A stretch of DNA of 64,000 nucleotides from Trichosphaerium sp. ATCC 40318 (lineage: Eukaryota; Protista; Tubulinea), in the NCBI GenBank assembly GCA_038496445.1, contig JALMLS010000341.1:99663-163662 (forward strand), given 5' to 3'. Positions 1-13,700 of this stretch are shown piece after piece; positions within the stretch are counted from its first letter, which is position 1, and each line of letters begins with the position of its first letter. The position numbers were made by a program, and so were the translations under genes. The notes beneath the pieces were generated by a model, which worked only from the letters and a program-made list of their open reading frames with translations, was not told where the DNA came from and searched no databases.

Positions 1-582
1 TCCAGTTTTGTACCATTCTTTGTACTCACCATTTTTTTTCCCTGAAACATACATACCTTGTGACTTGAGTTGACCATTATCGTACCAATCCTGGTACTCA
101 CCATTCCTTTTATCATCAACAAATGTAGCTTGTACAAAAAGTTTACCATTTTCATGCCACCTCTTTAATTCACCATGACGCAAACCTTCAACATACAGAG
201 CCTTCCACTCAATTTGACCACCTTCATACCAATCTTTTTCCTCGCCATGCTTCTTATCATCAGCATAGAATGCTTGTGTCTTGAGTGATCCACTCTCATA
301 CCACATTTTCATTTCTCCATGCTGTTTTCCATCACACATCATAATTGTCATGTATAAACGGCCATTCCAATACCAATACAGCCATTTTCCTTTTTGTTCT
401 AGCTTGTCATTGTAATGTGTGTTAATTGCAGCCACTTTTGAGAGCACATGGTACTTTGAAAACGTTTCTCTGTTAAAAGTACACAAATAGCATTGAATAT
501 CATTTGGGAGTCCCAATAGAGTACAATGAGAGTTATTAGAGAGAAAACCCTTGTCATTGTTTGCCCACGCTCGCTTTTGCAT
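1..582 (-). CDS. MORN-variant (YwqK-like) repeat protein with an F-box-like N-terminus; runs off the window edge
   Basis: Uninterrupted ORF from ATG 582: MQKRAW...LLGLPNDIQCYL, then repeats such as KHGEEKDWYEGGQIE, RHGELKRWHENGKL, RNGEYQDWYDNGQLK. No introns. Confidence 0.8.
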   Translation of the reverse strand, partial: MQKRAWANNDKGFLSNNSHCTLLGLPNDIQCYLCTFNRETFSKYHVLSKVAAINTHYNDKLEQKGKWLYWYWNGRLYMTIMMCDGKQHGEMKMWYESGSLKTQAFYADDKKHGEEKDWYEGGQIEWKALYVEGLRHGELKRWHENGKLFVQATFVDDKRNGEYQDWYDNGQLKSQGMYVSGKKNGEYKEWYKTG

Positions 583-1106
583 TGTAATGATCACAAATGT
601 CTTTAAAATAAGTTAATAACATCTTTTTCAGGCATAACTGCGTTTTTGTGATTGTTTAGATGAGCAAACAAGAAGGCGTACCTAGTTTCGGCAACTGTAA
701 TATTGTAGCAGTTCGAAAGAAGAAAATAAGAGAACACGTGTAAGAGAAGAACCTTTTCGAAACAGATGTTTCTAAACCAGCATTGACTTTTTGGTTACTT
801 GGTATATTTTATCTTTGGCGCTTTTTGTTAATAAATCGGTCTTTGAGTAGCATATACAGCTACCTGGTGCGCTCTAGATACCAGTACACACAAAATAAAT
901 AGCAGTGACCAAATCTCTACAAGCCAACTTTGACTGACCATTATTTTATTTGACAATATTTATCTCAAGTTTTTTAGTTACAGCGTCTTTTTAGTTACAA
1001 TTTACGTTGTACGGCGGAATATCTTTCAGAATAAGTATTAGGACTAGGAAATCCAATAACACTTGCAAATATCCACCACACACCCTACACATCCACAACT
1101 TACTCT

Positions 1107-3939
1107 TTAAACCTTGCCAGAAAATAGATTATTCATAGAAAGAGAGGAGAAAGCTAAACAAAAAATCCGTCAATAACGAATACACAAAAAACACCAAAAA
1201 AAAAAAAAAGAATCGTACGATCAGGACCAGATGGTTTTTGTACTGTATTACCAGGTGTTAAAGTAGCACCACCGTTAGGAGCCATTTGTTGTTGATTATA
1301 TCCATTGGCGTTACCATTCTGCATTTGTTGTTGCCCATACATTTGTTGACCATTAAAATTTCCATTCGCTTGTCCATTGAACTGCTGGTTCTGGGCACCG
1401 TTAAATTGCTGTTGCTGGCGTTGCTGTTGTTGATTGTAAAATTGTTGCCCTCCTTGTGCTCCAAATTGTTGTTGCTGTCCTCCAAACTGTTGAAAGCCTA
1501 CAACATAACTTTAACACAAGAGAGTTATAATTAAATCGGAAAGAGAAAGACCGCATGTATCTATTTCGTACCTTGCTGTCGTTGCTGTCCGTTAAAGTTT
1601 TGTCCATTATTCTGCTGTACAAACTGATTCCCAGCGAAACCTTGATTACCTTGAGCTTGCATATTCACATTTCTAGAAACATTTGGATTTTGCCCAAATT
1701 GATTTGCGCCAGCGAACTGCTGTTGGTTCTGCATTTGCGCATTCATAGCAGGCGTAGAATTTGCATGTCTAAACTGCTGTTGATTACCTGCAAATCCTTG
1801 ATTCATCTGTGGCTGTGGCATTGAATTCTGTCTCTGCATGTTCGTCCCTTGCTGTCCGAACTGGTTTGAAAATCCTTGAGTATTCTGACTTTGAACTCCT
1901 CCAAACATTTGGTTCTGGTTTTGCGTGAACCCTTGGTTTTGCTGCATACCATTTGGATTACCACGGGCCATATTCTGGTTACCGTTCTGCATACCAAATT
2001 GGCTATTAATGAAACCTTGATTTTGGTTAGCGACAGGTTGTCCACCAAATCCTTGGTTATTTTGTTGCATGCCATTCGCTCGAGGAGAGACCATGGACAT
2101 GTTTACGTTACTACTACTATTCTGACTACCAAACTGTTGGTTACCTGCAAATCCTTGATTCTGCATAGGCATGCCACCACCATTTTGAGTTGGAAGACCC
2201 ATACTACCATTTGAACTATGTAATCCAACGCTTGTGTTCGATCCTTGTCTTTGTATACCGGTGTTAGCGTTTACATTCTGTGTACTACCTCCAAACTGTG
2301 CAAACTGATTTTGGGCTTGTGGCGTTGCTGTCTGTTGAGAAAACGCGCCAAAACCAGAAGCTTGATTTGGTTGCATTGTTGATGCTGTTGTGACTTGGTT
2401 TTGTTGTGGTGTCATCGCTGGAGTGCCGCTCGCTGGCAACAATGTGTTACCAGACTTGCTAAACACATCTAGAGGATTTGTGCTAGGTTTCAGAGGGGAT
2501 TGTGCGACTGCAGGTCCGCCAAACGCACCAAATAGGGCTGCTTGTGAATTTCCCTGCTGTGGCTGAGCTGGAGTTTGTCCAAATTGTCCAAAAGCTTGTT
2601 GTTGCGCTCCATTTGTCTGAGGTGTAGCAGCAGGAGCCCGCATATCAAAGCCATCAAGAAGAGAAGGCGTTGCTGCAGGTGCTGCTTGTGCTGCTGCTGG
2701 TGGTTGATTGAATGCAGCAAACCCACCTTGGCCTGGTGCAGCACCGAAAGGATCCCAACCGCCTAAAACAACGTCAGCTAAAGAACTTGAATTTTTTTCA
2801 AATAAAAACAAACTATTTTCTTGCCTTGTTGTTGTTGTGCGGCTGCTGGAGCTGTAACTGGAGCACCAAAAGGGTCTCCAAATGTGTTTGACGCTTGAAT
2901 CGCTGTTGGAGCGGCTGTAGATGACCTAGCTTTCTACAATGAGTTAGTACAAAAAAAAGAAAAAATATTTTTTCCGGTTTTTGATTTTTTTTTCTGAAAT
3001 TGATGTAAAAAAAAAACGACGTTGCATTTAATTAATAGTGGCGAACATACATCGACGAGCTGTATTTCGGGGATATTGTTACCAAGGAGATTTGAAAGCG
3101 GCTCAGGAGTTGGAGTCTAGTGGCCACAAATAAGAAGATTTGGTTTTGGGTGCGTTTACTGTTTTTATAATAAAAAGCTAAGAGGTATATCGGTAGATAG
3201 GTGCATAAGCCATTCCGGCTTTTACGTCACTTGGCGTGCCTTTATCTTTTTGCTTTTTCTCTTTTTCTTTGTTCGTTTCTTTTTTTTTTTAACTGTGGCT
3301 ACCCACTGCTTTTCTACGTATGTTTTCAGTATGAACTCTTTAATTTTAGCTCTGTCATCGGGTCCTGGCTTTGGAAAAGACTGTGGTGTCCAACTAGCCC
3401 TCCATTTAGCTATGGCAACCTAATAAAACGGTTACAAGGCGACTACGACGCAAATAAGTCACCTCATTGCCACCTTCACAAATAGCATCAACCTCGGCGT
3501 CAGTGAATGTTGTGTGATGTATAGATTTGACGCGAATGGAGCTAGTTGGAGCGTATGGAATTTCGCGCCTTTGAGTGTCAGAATAAGCAGTTAATGGCGT
3601 TGTCATCGTACATTACGCCACTACATAGTGTGCACAGTACGGTGTTGAAGGTTGTACAAATATAAGTGCAACTCTGTAGGTGTGTTAGTTAAATAGATAA
3701 GCGGGTAAATAATGGTATGGGTACCCTTGCGGTGCAATCCATACACTCTTTATTGGCTACAGGTAATTAGCAAGTGATCTATCAAAGAGGAGCAGATAGT
3801 TTCGGTTCTGCGTTAAAACGATAGCGCAAGCGATTGTAATAACGCTGTGCTAACGGCGTATCAAACGCGTACCTGGTTCACGCAATTTGGTTCGGACCCT
3901 GTCCATATTAATTTTCTCCTTTGAGGCGAACCTACTCAT
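1107..3939 (-). CDS. ArfGAP-domain protein (AGFG/Hrb-like) with a long Q/N/G- and FG-rich low-complexity tail; multi-exon
   Basis: Spliced N-terminus ...REPANKECMDCTAR SCTYICTTFNTVLCTLCSGV..RVKSIHHTTFTDAEVDAICEGGNE (CxxC-x16-CxxC ArfGAP zinc finger), followed by DPFG/FGQ-rich exons. Confidence 0.85.
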
Positions 3940-4119
3940 GGTGTTTTAACGCCTTGGGTGCCTAATACAATTTATGAACTTTAGTCTCAATTTTTCTACA
4001 CAAAAGTGGTCATAATACAGTATACTTTTGGCAATGTGTAGCGTATAAAAAGCTTGCCAAACGAGCGGTATAAACTATAAGTTGTGTCGCAAAGTTTTTC
4101 CGCCATCAATCTTTTTTTA

Positions 4120-5832
4120 TTAATTTAGATGAGGTAGACCATCATCTTCGTCCACTTCTGACATTTCATCATAATCTTGTTCATCTAGTTCCTCTAAATC
4201 ACTCTCATCATCAAGAGAGTCATCGTCCGAGTCCAAGTTAACCTCTTGCCAAGGCTCTGCGGATTTACTCATAAATCGTGTTGAAAATCGTTTTGACAAA
4301 TCCCGTATTGACGCAGTGATGGCTAAACGCCCCTCTTTCTTCTGTGGAGGAGCTAGTGCTGCTACACGATTGTTCTTTGGCGCTGGGCCATCTGGAAACT
4401 TAGGCTCTCCCAGAGCTCTAAGATCTACTTTTGGTTCAGAGACTTCAGAACTTAATTCAGAAAGCTCTAAGCCGCTATCAGACGAGTCAGAGTCAATTTC
4501 TGATAGTAATTCAGAATCATCTGACTGATTTTTTAATACTGCTGGTTGTGTGTATTTTGTGTGTTTATCGCCGCGATGTACACGACTTTTGGTTTTCCTC
4601 ATTGCAATGAAACATATGCCAAAACCTAAACGGAGAGGTTATGTAAAAGTGAATCAATTATATTGAGTGTGACTTACTGACAATGTTAAGCACAAGCAAA
4701 CCAGCAAGTATTATACCAATGATTATACCAAGAGGTAGTGCGAATCCAAAATGATGGCTAGGCGCACGCTGAACTGCCTCCGCTCTAGTAGGTGGACTTT
4801 GTGTTATAGGTACACTTTGTGCACTTTGCGTTGGTGCAACGGGAGGAGGTGAGGTTGTAGGTTGGGCACTGGAACATGAGTTAAAAATACAGGAACTAAA
4901 GAAACAATTTGCTTACGTTGGCGCTAGAGTATCTGTCAACTTGTTGGAGCCATCACACTTTTATCTGCTTTAGTAATACACTTTTGACATCTATACGTAC
5001 TCTAGTAACGGTATGGAAGGAGAAAAATGATTCTGTAGGGCAAGCGTCGAAGAAAAATGGTTCTGTTTTACCCAGAATACATTTACCAGTTGTTTCACAA
5101 TACCCACAAATTTGGTTCAATGGGTTGTCTGTCAATGTAACACATTTATCGCAATCTTGTTCTGGTACTTGTACTGCACATGGGTCATCTTCTGTGACTA
5201 TAAGCCATTGATCGAAATCATTATCATTACAAGGTAACCATTTCAAAGTAAAGTCAGAAAACGCCAAGCACTCATTATTTGTATGAGTGCGTAAATGAAA
5301 CGCTTCGGAGCAATTGAAACCGTTATTAGAAGCAATTGTATCATTGCAAGGTGTCTCTACGAGCTCGAAATCGTAGTCTAAAGCTGAGTGACACTGTGTT
5401 AGGTGTTCCCCATCTACTCCTGAGGAATGTACACATAAATTGAAATTTAAGTAATTTCGCCATTGGAACCATTCATCATCAGCTGACGAGTATGCAAACG
5501 ACCAATATGCGCTGTAGCTTGGTGAGAAGTACTGACTAAAAAAATAAAAAACGCATGAACTTCCTACCTTGGGTTTGTTGTCCCATCAAAGAGGAATTTC
5601 AACGCTAGAGCCTATACGTTTGTAAGTTGGCGTGTTATTTTCGTAGACGTGTTTAGCCGCGTGAGCAACCGTTGTAGTGTTATTTGGCGCGCGTTGGAGC
5701 ATTTTAACGTACGTTATCGGGGTCTACACCAAGCGCATATTCTTGATTACCAGCAGCTTGCAGAGTCCATAAATGGGCACTCAGTACAACTAGTGGTAGC
5801 ACTAAAAACAAAAAAGCGACGGTTCTTGCCAT
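4120..5832 (-). CDS. Type I membrane protein: signal peptide, Cys-rich/PSI-like ectodomain, Pro/Thr stalk, TM helix, acidic cytoplasmic tail
   Basis: MARTVAFLFLVLPLVVLSAH signal peptide; CDKCV...CGYCETTGKC PSI-like motif; hydrophobic LPLGIIIGIILAGLLVLNIV; D/E/S-rich last exon. Confidence 0.65.
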
Positions 5833-5975
5833 GCACTCTTGAGTTGATTACCAAAAGTAAAGTACAATCGCAATATGAAGCCCGCGTAGGTGCTATGGCG
5901 TCTAACGAGATCGGCAGAATTAAACGGCTTAACAGTGCCTTACCAGAAATTCTGTACTTTTTTTATATACAAGCA

Positions 5976-7444
5976 ATGGACAAGGAGAACGTAAATATAA
6001 TGAATGCGCACCAAACCAGTACGTTTGTTTGAGTGAAATTGAGTTTGTAACTCTTATACGTTACAGATTCACCATCACACGCGAAAAAACGACAACGAGC
6101 GAGTGATACTTCGGTTGATGCAATAGAAGCAGGCCTTAAAAAATTAAAAAGCATCGATCAACCAGATACGCCAGCCACACTAGGTAGGACCATTTAGTAG
6201 CTTTGATCTAACATTCTATTACAGAGGATGAAGTAATTTTACGCGGGAGACTACAAAAACAAATAGAGTTCTACTTTAGTGATTCTAACTACTTGGCATC
6301 TACATACATGCGTTCAATCTCCGACGCAAACGAAGGCTGTACGTAAATTTTATTTAAAGTGTCATTTATTTCCAGCCTTTCAAATGATTTATTGCTATTA
6401 GGGTTCCCTATCGCAGAACTATTCAAGTTTAATCGCGTGAAAACCATTGTTAGTGCAATCGAAAGTGAGACGCCAGAAGCGTTTATATTGTCTTCAATAA
6501 CAGGCTCCCAGACACTAGTCGTTTCAGAAGATAATAAAAGTATAAAACGAGTCTCAGCTATCTCACCTGATGCTCTTGAAGAGTCCAAAACCAGAAAAGT
6601 GTTCATGGTACATTCTTTGTAGCTGTCAAAATGGTCCTTACGTAACAATCTATTAGAGCGGCTTTCCAGTCTCTGACTTGAACGTTGAAACTGTAACTGA
6701 CTTTTTTATGGCCCACGGCAAAGTATTGTCCGTAAGGATCGTTAAACCAAGAAAAGAACAAAAGGTACTCTCATTGTATGATTTAATTTCTGACTTTTTT
6801 GTTTTGTAAGACTGGCTCAGCACTGATTGAATTCTCGTCCCAAACTGGAGCAAATGCTATTGTGGCTAAGAATCAATTAGTATACGCACAACGCCATGCT
6901 TTGACTATAAAACCATACCGTGACGACGCGGCCAAAACAGAATATCGTAATAGACATGTCCGTAAACAAGCACAGCAAAAAGTACGTCGCCAAGACGCCA
7001 TAGCTGAGCATGCTTCTATACACGCATATTGTGGTAGTTGTGAAACAAGACTTTGCTCTTCGGTTTCACTAAGGTAAGTGATAACCATGCTCGGTGTTAT
7101 CGCCTTACTTTTGCTGTAGACTACTACCAGATAACTCTATTATTTGTTGGCAAGTAGATCTATTAAAACCGTCAATAATTCTCAAGCCTCATCCGGATGC
7201 CGAAAAGAACCCTAAGAAAGTATATCATATCAAGTGTGCAAAATGTGCTTCTCCGCTGGGTATGGTGTCCAAGTATAAGAGTACAAGCTTGTCATGGTTT
7301 TTGAAGGGAGCTAGAATACAGTTCAAACGTAAGGAGGGACATAAGGAGGAGCAAGACATTTCTGTAGCTGAATGGAAAGAATTCCAAAAATCAAGAAACC
7401 AAAAAAGAGTTGAGAAGCTCAATCTAAAGAGTACCAAACAATAG
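5976..7444 (+). CDS. La-module protein (La motif + RRM) with a C-terminal RIG-I-like receptor CTD-type zinc domain
   Basis: LQKQIEFYFSDSNY...EGWFPIAELFKFNRVK...LVVSEDNKSIKR (La motif); RKVFMSGFP...VLSVRIVK..TGSALIEF (RRM); CGSC...KPHP...KCAKCASPLGMVSKYK (RLR CTD-like). GT-AG splicing keeps the frame. Confidence 0.85.
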
Positions 7445-7691
7445 GGTTCTTAAGCCACGGCGCATTGAATATGTGTTGACAATAGATAACGTACTTGTTG
7501 TTGTCAGTCGCCGTTAAATGGCAATATTCATTGTAATCATTGTACTAATAAAAATCAGCTGTTTACGCTGAAAATATTCAACAAAAAGAGATGTTGAGAA
7601 GTCAATGCTGGTAGACTTGAACCGCAAATTCACGAAACAAGAATATAACGGCGTTAGGTGTCATTGATTGTCATTTGTTTTAAGGTTTGGC

Positions 7692-10334
7692 ATGCTATTG
7701 CTGTTGTTCTTGATTGTGACTGGTACTCATATTTTTACCTCCATAATTCTTTGTTAACGTTACCAAGGTAGTGCCTGTGCTACTGAAGTTAACAGAACGA
7801 GGGAAGGTGAGTATCAACAAATGGTGTGGCAATTGGCGCTAATTTTGTTTAGAATGGGTTTCCTCGGTACAAGTAAAGGATTGGAGGCAAGTTTTGGAGG
7901 AAATGGAGCAGTTTATTGAAGAAAACGCTCAAATAATTGAACAAACTCCAACAGACGCCGAAATAGAGTCAGAATCGCCTATTGAAGGCGAAGAAATACT
8001 TCCAGGATCATTGACAGCAGAAATCAACAAAGCCGATGAGGTACGCCCCAAACGTCATTAACAGGCGTAACATCGCCATATCTCATCACTAGCCACGTGG
8101 CATCACAGTAATCCAAAATCCTATAACGCATTTTCAAAGGCATTAATCTCGCTTGTAGGCTCACACCAGACAACAAGTTAACATCGCAGCGGGTGTTTTG
8201 AGTGATGTATATTTTGGTTTGATAACACCGGGCACCGATCAATCTGCTGTTGTTAAACACAACTGGGCGAAGGCTCGTAAGTACTACGCATACGCAGAGC
8301 GTGGGTACGCGTACCGACAAGAAGCCTTTATTATGCAATATGGTAGTTTCTTTGGAGATAAAGTAGAAACGTCAAATGCAATACCAAAGGTGACGTGTCA
8401 AGTGGTTTTTTTTTGTTGAAATGTTCTGTTTTTATATTTTTATTTATTGTTATTGTAGACATTGACAAAGTTATGGATGTCTGCGAAACATGGGAATACA
8501 GATGCCCAAATCGCCATGGGTTATAGACATTACTATGGTAAAAGTGTTCCTAAAGATTGCCAAGCTGCTGCACAGCATTATATCAAAGCAGCAAGCAAGA
8601 GTAAGCGCAAATTTTAAAAAAAATTAGTTCTTTTTCTTGTGACTGGCGAGTACTTTCTTGAAGCTAATTACTCCTCAGTTGTTGAGGACATCAACGAAAA
8701 TGGTCTCAAGTTTACATCTGACTTTGTTCGGCTTTCTGAGGCATGGAAGAAATCTCGTGATGACTTAACAAGGGAATCCGGTATTATTGATCTATACAAG
8801 TATTCAGCTGATACTGGAGATATTGAATCTCAAGTCACAATCGGTTTATTCTATATGCATGGTGGTCATGGTATTGCACGTGATTATGAGCGTGCTCACA
8901 AGTATTTTTTGATGGCTCAAGGTATGAATAGCGTTGTTTTTGAAACAAGAAAACAAAAACTTCGGCTAACTTTTTTTGTAGAGCAAGGTCATAATGTTGC
9001 AAAGTCTCATAGAGCCCATATGGTACTCAATGGTCTTGGTATAGAACAGGATAATGAAACTGGCTTGGCAATGTTAACAGAAGTTGCTGAGGAGGTGAGC
9101 GAATCAGTTTCTCGTGTATCTTTGTCTAAACAACAACTATAGGGTATCGCAACAGGTCAAGCATACCTTGGGCGTATATACATGAATGGTGGTCATGGCG
9201 TGGAAAAGGATGTGAAACAAGCTATTGTTTGGCTTAAAAAGGCTGCTGAGAAGAATAGCGCAGACGCTTTATTTGATCTAGGCACCCTGTACTTCGGTAC
9301 GTATCCGTGTTGTTGTTTGAACCAAAACCAGTTCTTCCTCGCTTACTGACGCCTCAAATAGACGGCAATGATATCAAAAAGGACTATGGAAGCGCATTAT
9401 TATACTTCCAACGTTCTGCTACAAATGGTAATGTAGAGGCTTTGTATAGAATGGGTTATATGCATTATATGGGATTTGGTACAATCAAAAACTGTGAAAA
9501 CGGCGTTCAAGTCTTGAAAAAGGTCATTGAAAAGGGCTATACACGTCATATCATCCAAAAGGCGTATGGTTATTACAGGGAGGGTAATATAGATAAAGCA
9601 AAGCTTTATTATGTCCAAGCTGGAGACCTTGGTACTGAACTGGCTCTGTCTAATGCTGCATGGCTTTTCGAGCAGGCAAATCATGGTAAAAACTATGAAG
9701 CTGCTATGTACTTTTATAGAAACGCTGCACAACTAAAAAGCGCTACAGCGCATGTAAAGATGGGTGATTATCATTATTATGGCCATGGTACGTTGTTTGT
9801 TTGTTTAATGTTGGTTTTAGTTGAAACTCATTAGCTTGTTGCTTGTTGTTTTTTTCTTGTTTTTCTTTGTTCTTATTTTGTTAGGTGTACCACATGTAGA
9901 CAAAGAACGTGCTGCTGAGTATTATCAAGCCGCTTCGGATCTTAGAAGCCCACAGGCTACATTCAATCTTGGTTTTATGCATGAGTATGGTATTGGTTTA
10001 CCTCATGATTTTCATTTGGCAAAGAGGTACTATGATATGGCTTTAGAGATTAGTGAAGATGCTTATCTACCAGTATCGATTGCATTGTCTGCTCTCAATA
10101 TTCATTTTTGGACAAACAAGTATAAGGTACGTGTAAGCATATCTGTGCGTTTGTTGTAGACAACCAAAAGTGCTGCAGCTTTTGTTCCGGTCTTTTTTCT
10201 TTGGTTTATTTGGATTCTTATCACGTGTTTAGAATGGTGTTTTTGGGTTACAATGGGATACATTGGCTATTATTATATTGCTTGTGTTGTTGACATTAAC
10301 ACTTGCGATTAGGCGAGTAGTATCGAGAGTGTAA
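7692..10334 (+). CDS. SEL1L/HRD3-like Sel1-repeat ERAD receptor with a C-terminal TM helix; start approximate
   Basis: Many Sel1 repeats (AQIAMGYRHYYGKSVPKDC, SQVTIGLFYMHGGHG), AHVKMGDYHYYG, QATFNLGFMHEYGIGLPHDFHLAKRYYDMA, hydrophobic C-terminus. Confidence 0.9.
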
Positions 10335-10729
10335 AGTAAAATATGTAATAAATCTTAAAACTAAAAAAGCCTCCTACTTTCCATCAAACCACTGAAAGTT
10401 GCTGGTGTTGTCACCTGGGTAGAAATCAATGCACAACCGTTGTATGGCATTGATTTTAAAAGTGCACAAGTCAACTAGCGCAGCACGTGTGATGGCTTTG
10501 GCTCATAAAAATTTCGGTTTGCTAGTGCTCTTGAATGCAATTCTTTGTTACGGAATTCCTCATTGTGGATATACTTCACTGGAATATCCAGGTACAATGC
10601 TCAAAATGGATAATATACATTTCAACACAACCGCTTTTGGAATGCCAATTATCATGCATTAAAATAGTATCTGGATAGATCATGTAAAGTATGTGAAAGA
10701 ATTTATTGGTGTTTTTGAGGGGTTTTGTT

Positions 10730-13700
10730 TTATAGTTTAGCGCTTGTGATCGTAACATGACCCATCTTTCTTCCTTTTCTTATTGCACCCTTTCCATAAA
10801 CGTGTAAATGAACACCTTCATTGAGCTGTCTTGTATCTTTCAAGTATGCAACAGCATCATTAATATCAGATCCAAGAAGATTCCTCATTTTAATATGTGG
10901 ACACAATAGAGTTGTTGGACCAAGAGGTAGCCCAGTAATTGCGCGAACCATTTGCTCAAATTGAGATGTTTGACAACCTTTATAAATAAATAAGTATTCA
11001 AAATCACGTGCTAAAAAAACAGAGTGCGAGCACATCAAGAAAAGGAAGAAAAAAGAGAGAAAAAAAAGAGAATAGATTTGTTTACCTTCAATACTCCAGT
11101 GTCCTGAGTTGTGTGGTCTTGGAGCTATTTCATTGACGATCAGAGATCCATCAGGCATTACAAATAATTCAATAGCAATAACACCTTCGTAACAAATAAG
11201 AAACAGACGGAAAAAAACCCAATAGAGTTACCTTCTAAACCCATTCCCTTCGCTAATTTTCTTGCGATTTCATTAGCCGCTTTCTTGACTTGGCTTGTTG
11301 CATTCGCTGGGACTATAGTCTCGCGTAGAATACCACGTTCATGCCTGGACATAAATCAGTACATATCATCGTCATAACCAACGAGTTATTTTCTTGAAAA
11401 AAACAAATAAAAAAAACTTGCCTGTTCTCAACAAGTGGGAAAGTCTTGATGTGTTGATCTCTTATACCCATTGCAACAATGATAGATGCTTCGTATGAAA
11501 AAGGAACAAAGCCTTCTAATACAAAGGACTTTCCTTTTACATTGTACCATATCTGTGATAAGTTTTGTCCAAGCTTTATTACAGTTTGTCCTTTACCATC
11601 ATAACCTTCTGTTGCTGTTTTTAAAATAAACTTTTTACAGTTCGATGGGTGTCCAGAGAGTTCTCTAATACCGTCCTCAAGGTCTAATTGTTGTTAAGAA
11701 TTGATGTGTTTATTGGGCTTGAGGGTACCTTTGAGGCATTCTACAGCTTTCCATGGTGCTGTTTTGATACCAACAGAGTTAATGAACGTTTTTTCTGTAA
11801 CCTAACAAAGCAATTAATATTTGAACAAAAACTCAAGTCAAAAAGTTTGTACTCTGTTTTGGCAGATTTTTAATGCGTTAGGTTTTGGTCTGACTGGTCT
11901 GAATTGCTCTAAATACTTTGCGGTATCTTGAGGTACATTTTCAAATTCATAAGTAACAACATCAACAGCAGCTAAAAGTAATAAAAAAATCAGTATTGGG
12001 CTGTTTGAACAGTTTTGGTTAAGTCGTCTACGCACCAGCAAATGATGCCAATGCTGTCTCATCATGATAACCAGCTACTGTTTTATCTTGTGCAAGCATA
12101 AAAGCTGGAGAGTTAGGATCAGGACAGTATACATGACATCTACAAAACGAATCAATAAAAAAGTTCCATGGTATACTTTTCTTGCCTATAACCCAATTGA
12201 GTTGCTGCTGGAATTATCATCTTTGCTAGTTGGCCACCTAATGTTTCAGCTTAATACATTGTCACATATCATATATTGTAATACTCACCACCGAGGATGC
12301 CAATAACTGATCCTGGAGGAAGGAATTTTCTCTCGTATTCAGGTTGTTTTGTTGGCGTCAATAAGATTTCTTTCCTGAAGTTTTATTAACTACTTGGGAT
12401 GTTGTGGAGTGTCGTACTCTGAAGGTGCTTTTTGTGCGCCACTGATGATGTTTTGTTTATCTACAGGATGCATAGTTACCTTCGATTTTCTAAAATTCTT
12501 TCCGTGAGCAAACAATAAAGTCAGTTAACGTTTTTTTTTAAAGTACGTGTTTTCTCTCCAAACTTGAAGTCTAGCACCAATGTCACGTAAGCCTGCTGAT
12601 TTTCCCAATATTGCAGCTGCTAATAAAGCAGCATTTTTGGCACCAGAAGCACCTATTGCTAGTGTACCAACAGGGATACCTATAGCAAATTAATCAACAC
12701 TCTTAAACGCTGCCAAGGGCGTAGTTTCTACTCTACCAGCAAGAAAGAATTTTATTTTTTAATTTAGTACCTCCTGGCATTTGACAAATTGAGTACAAAG
12801 AGTCAACACCTGATAGAGCACTAAAAAACATGAGTGAATAACAATTAATAACGGTTTGTTTTGGTTTTAACTTACCGTGACTTAACTGGTACGCCTAGAA
12901 CTGGTACATATGTTAAAGCTGCTACCATTCCAGGTAGATGAGCCGCACCACCGGCGCCAGCAATTATGACCTAGTACAAGAATAAAGATAAGAACAAACG
13001 CAAAAAGCCAACTGTTTGTTGATTTTTTTATACCTTGATTCCTCTTCCTTCTGCTCCTTTAGCAAAGGCATACAAGCGTTCAGGTGTACGATGTGCTGAA
13101 ACAATACGCGATTCATAAGGTATTTTTAGTTCTTGTAGGATTGTTATGGCATGCTTCATTGTAGGCCAATCAGACTGCGAGCCCATTATAACACTATTTG
13201 GAAATTATCAGTATGCCTTAGATCCATCTCATTATACGTACCTTACAAGTGGTGATTTATTAGCAACTGTAGGAACTACAGCATCAATCAACTGGCTACT
13301 AGCAGCATCCGCAACCCATTTAGCGCTCACCAACGAACTCTTTGAACCTTTTTTACCTAGTAACAAGAATAAATAAGAAAATACTCAGAACAAAACTTAC
13401 CTCTTTGTCTAACTGTCCATGCGTCATTATCAATAATACCGGATAAAACAATATTCTTATCATTTGTCACACCAAATACCAACTAAGACAGAAAATATCA
13501 AAACTTGATGTTTAAGGAAATCTTGTAGACTTACGTTTAACTCAAAGAGTGAGACATCTAGCTGGTTCCATGCACTCTCTAATGTGAGAAATACGTGTAA
13601 AGCTGTATGTTTGATCTCTTCAAGAACATCTCCGTTGATTTGAACGCCATTTATGACCAAACCAAGCTCTACAATGCTTTCTCCTTTTCGATTGTTAAAC

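Noticed and set aside
1286-2766. Plus-strand Leu-rich ORFs
   Set aside because: Antisense shadows of the Q/N-rich ArfGAP exons.
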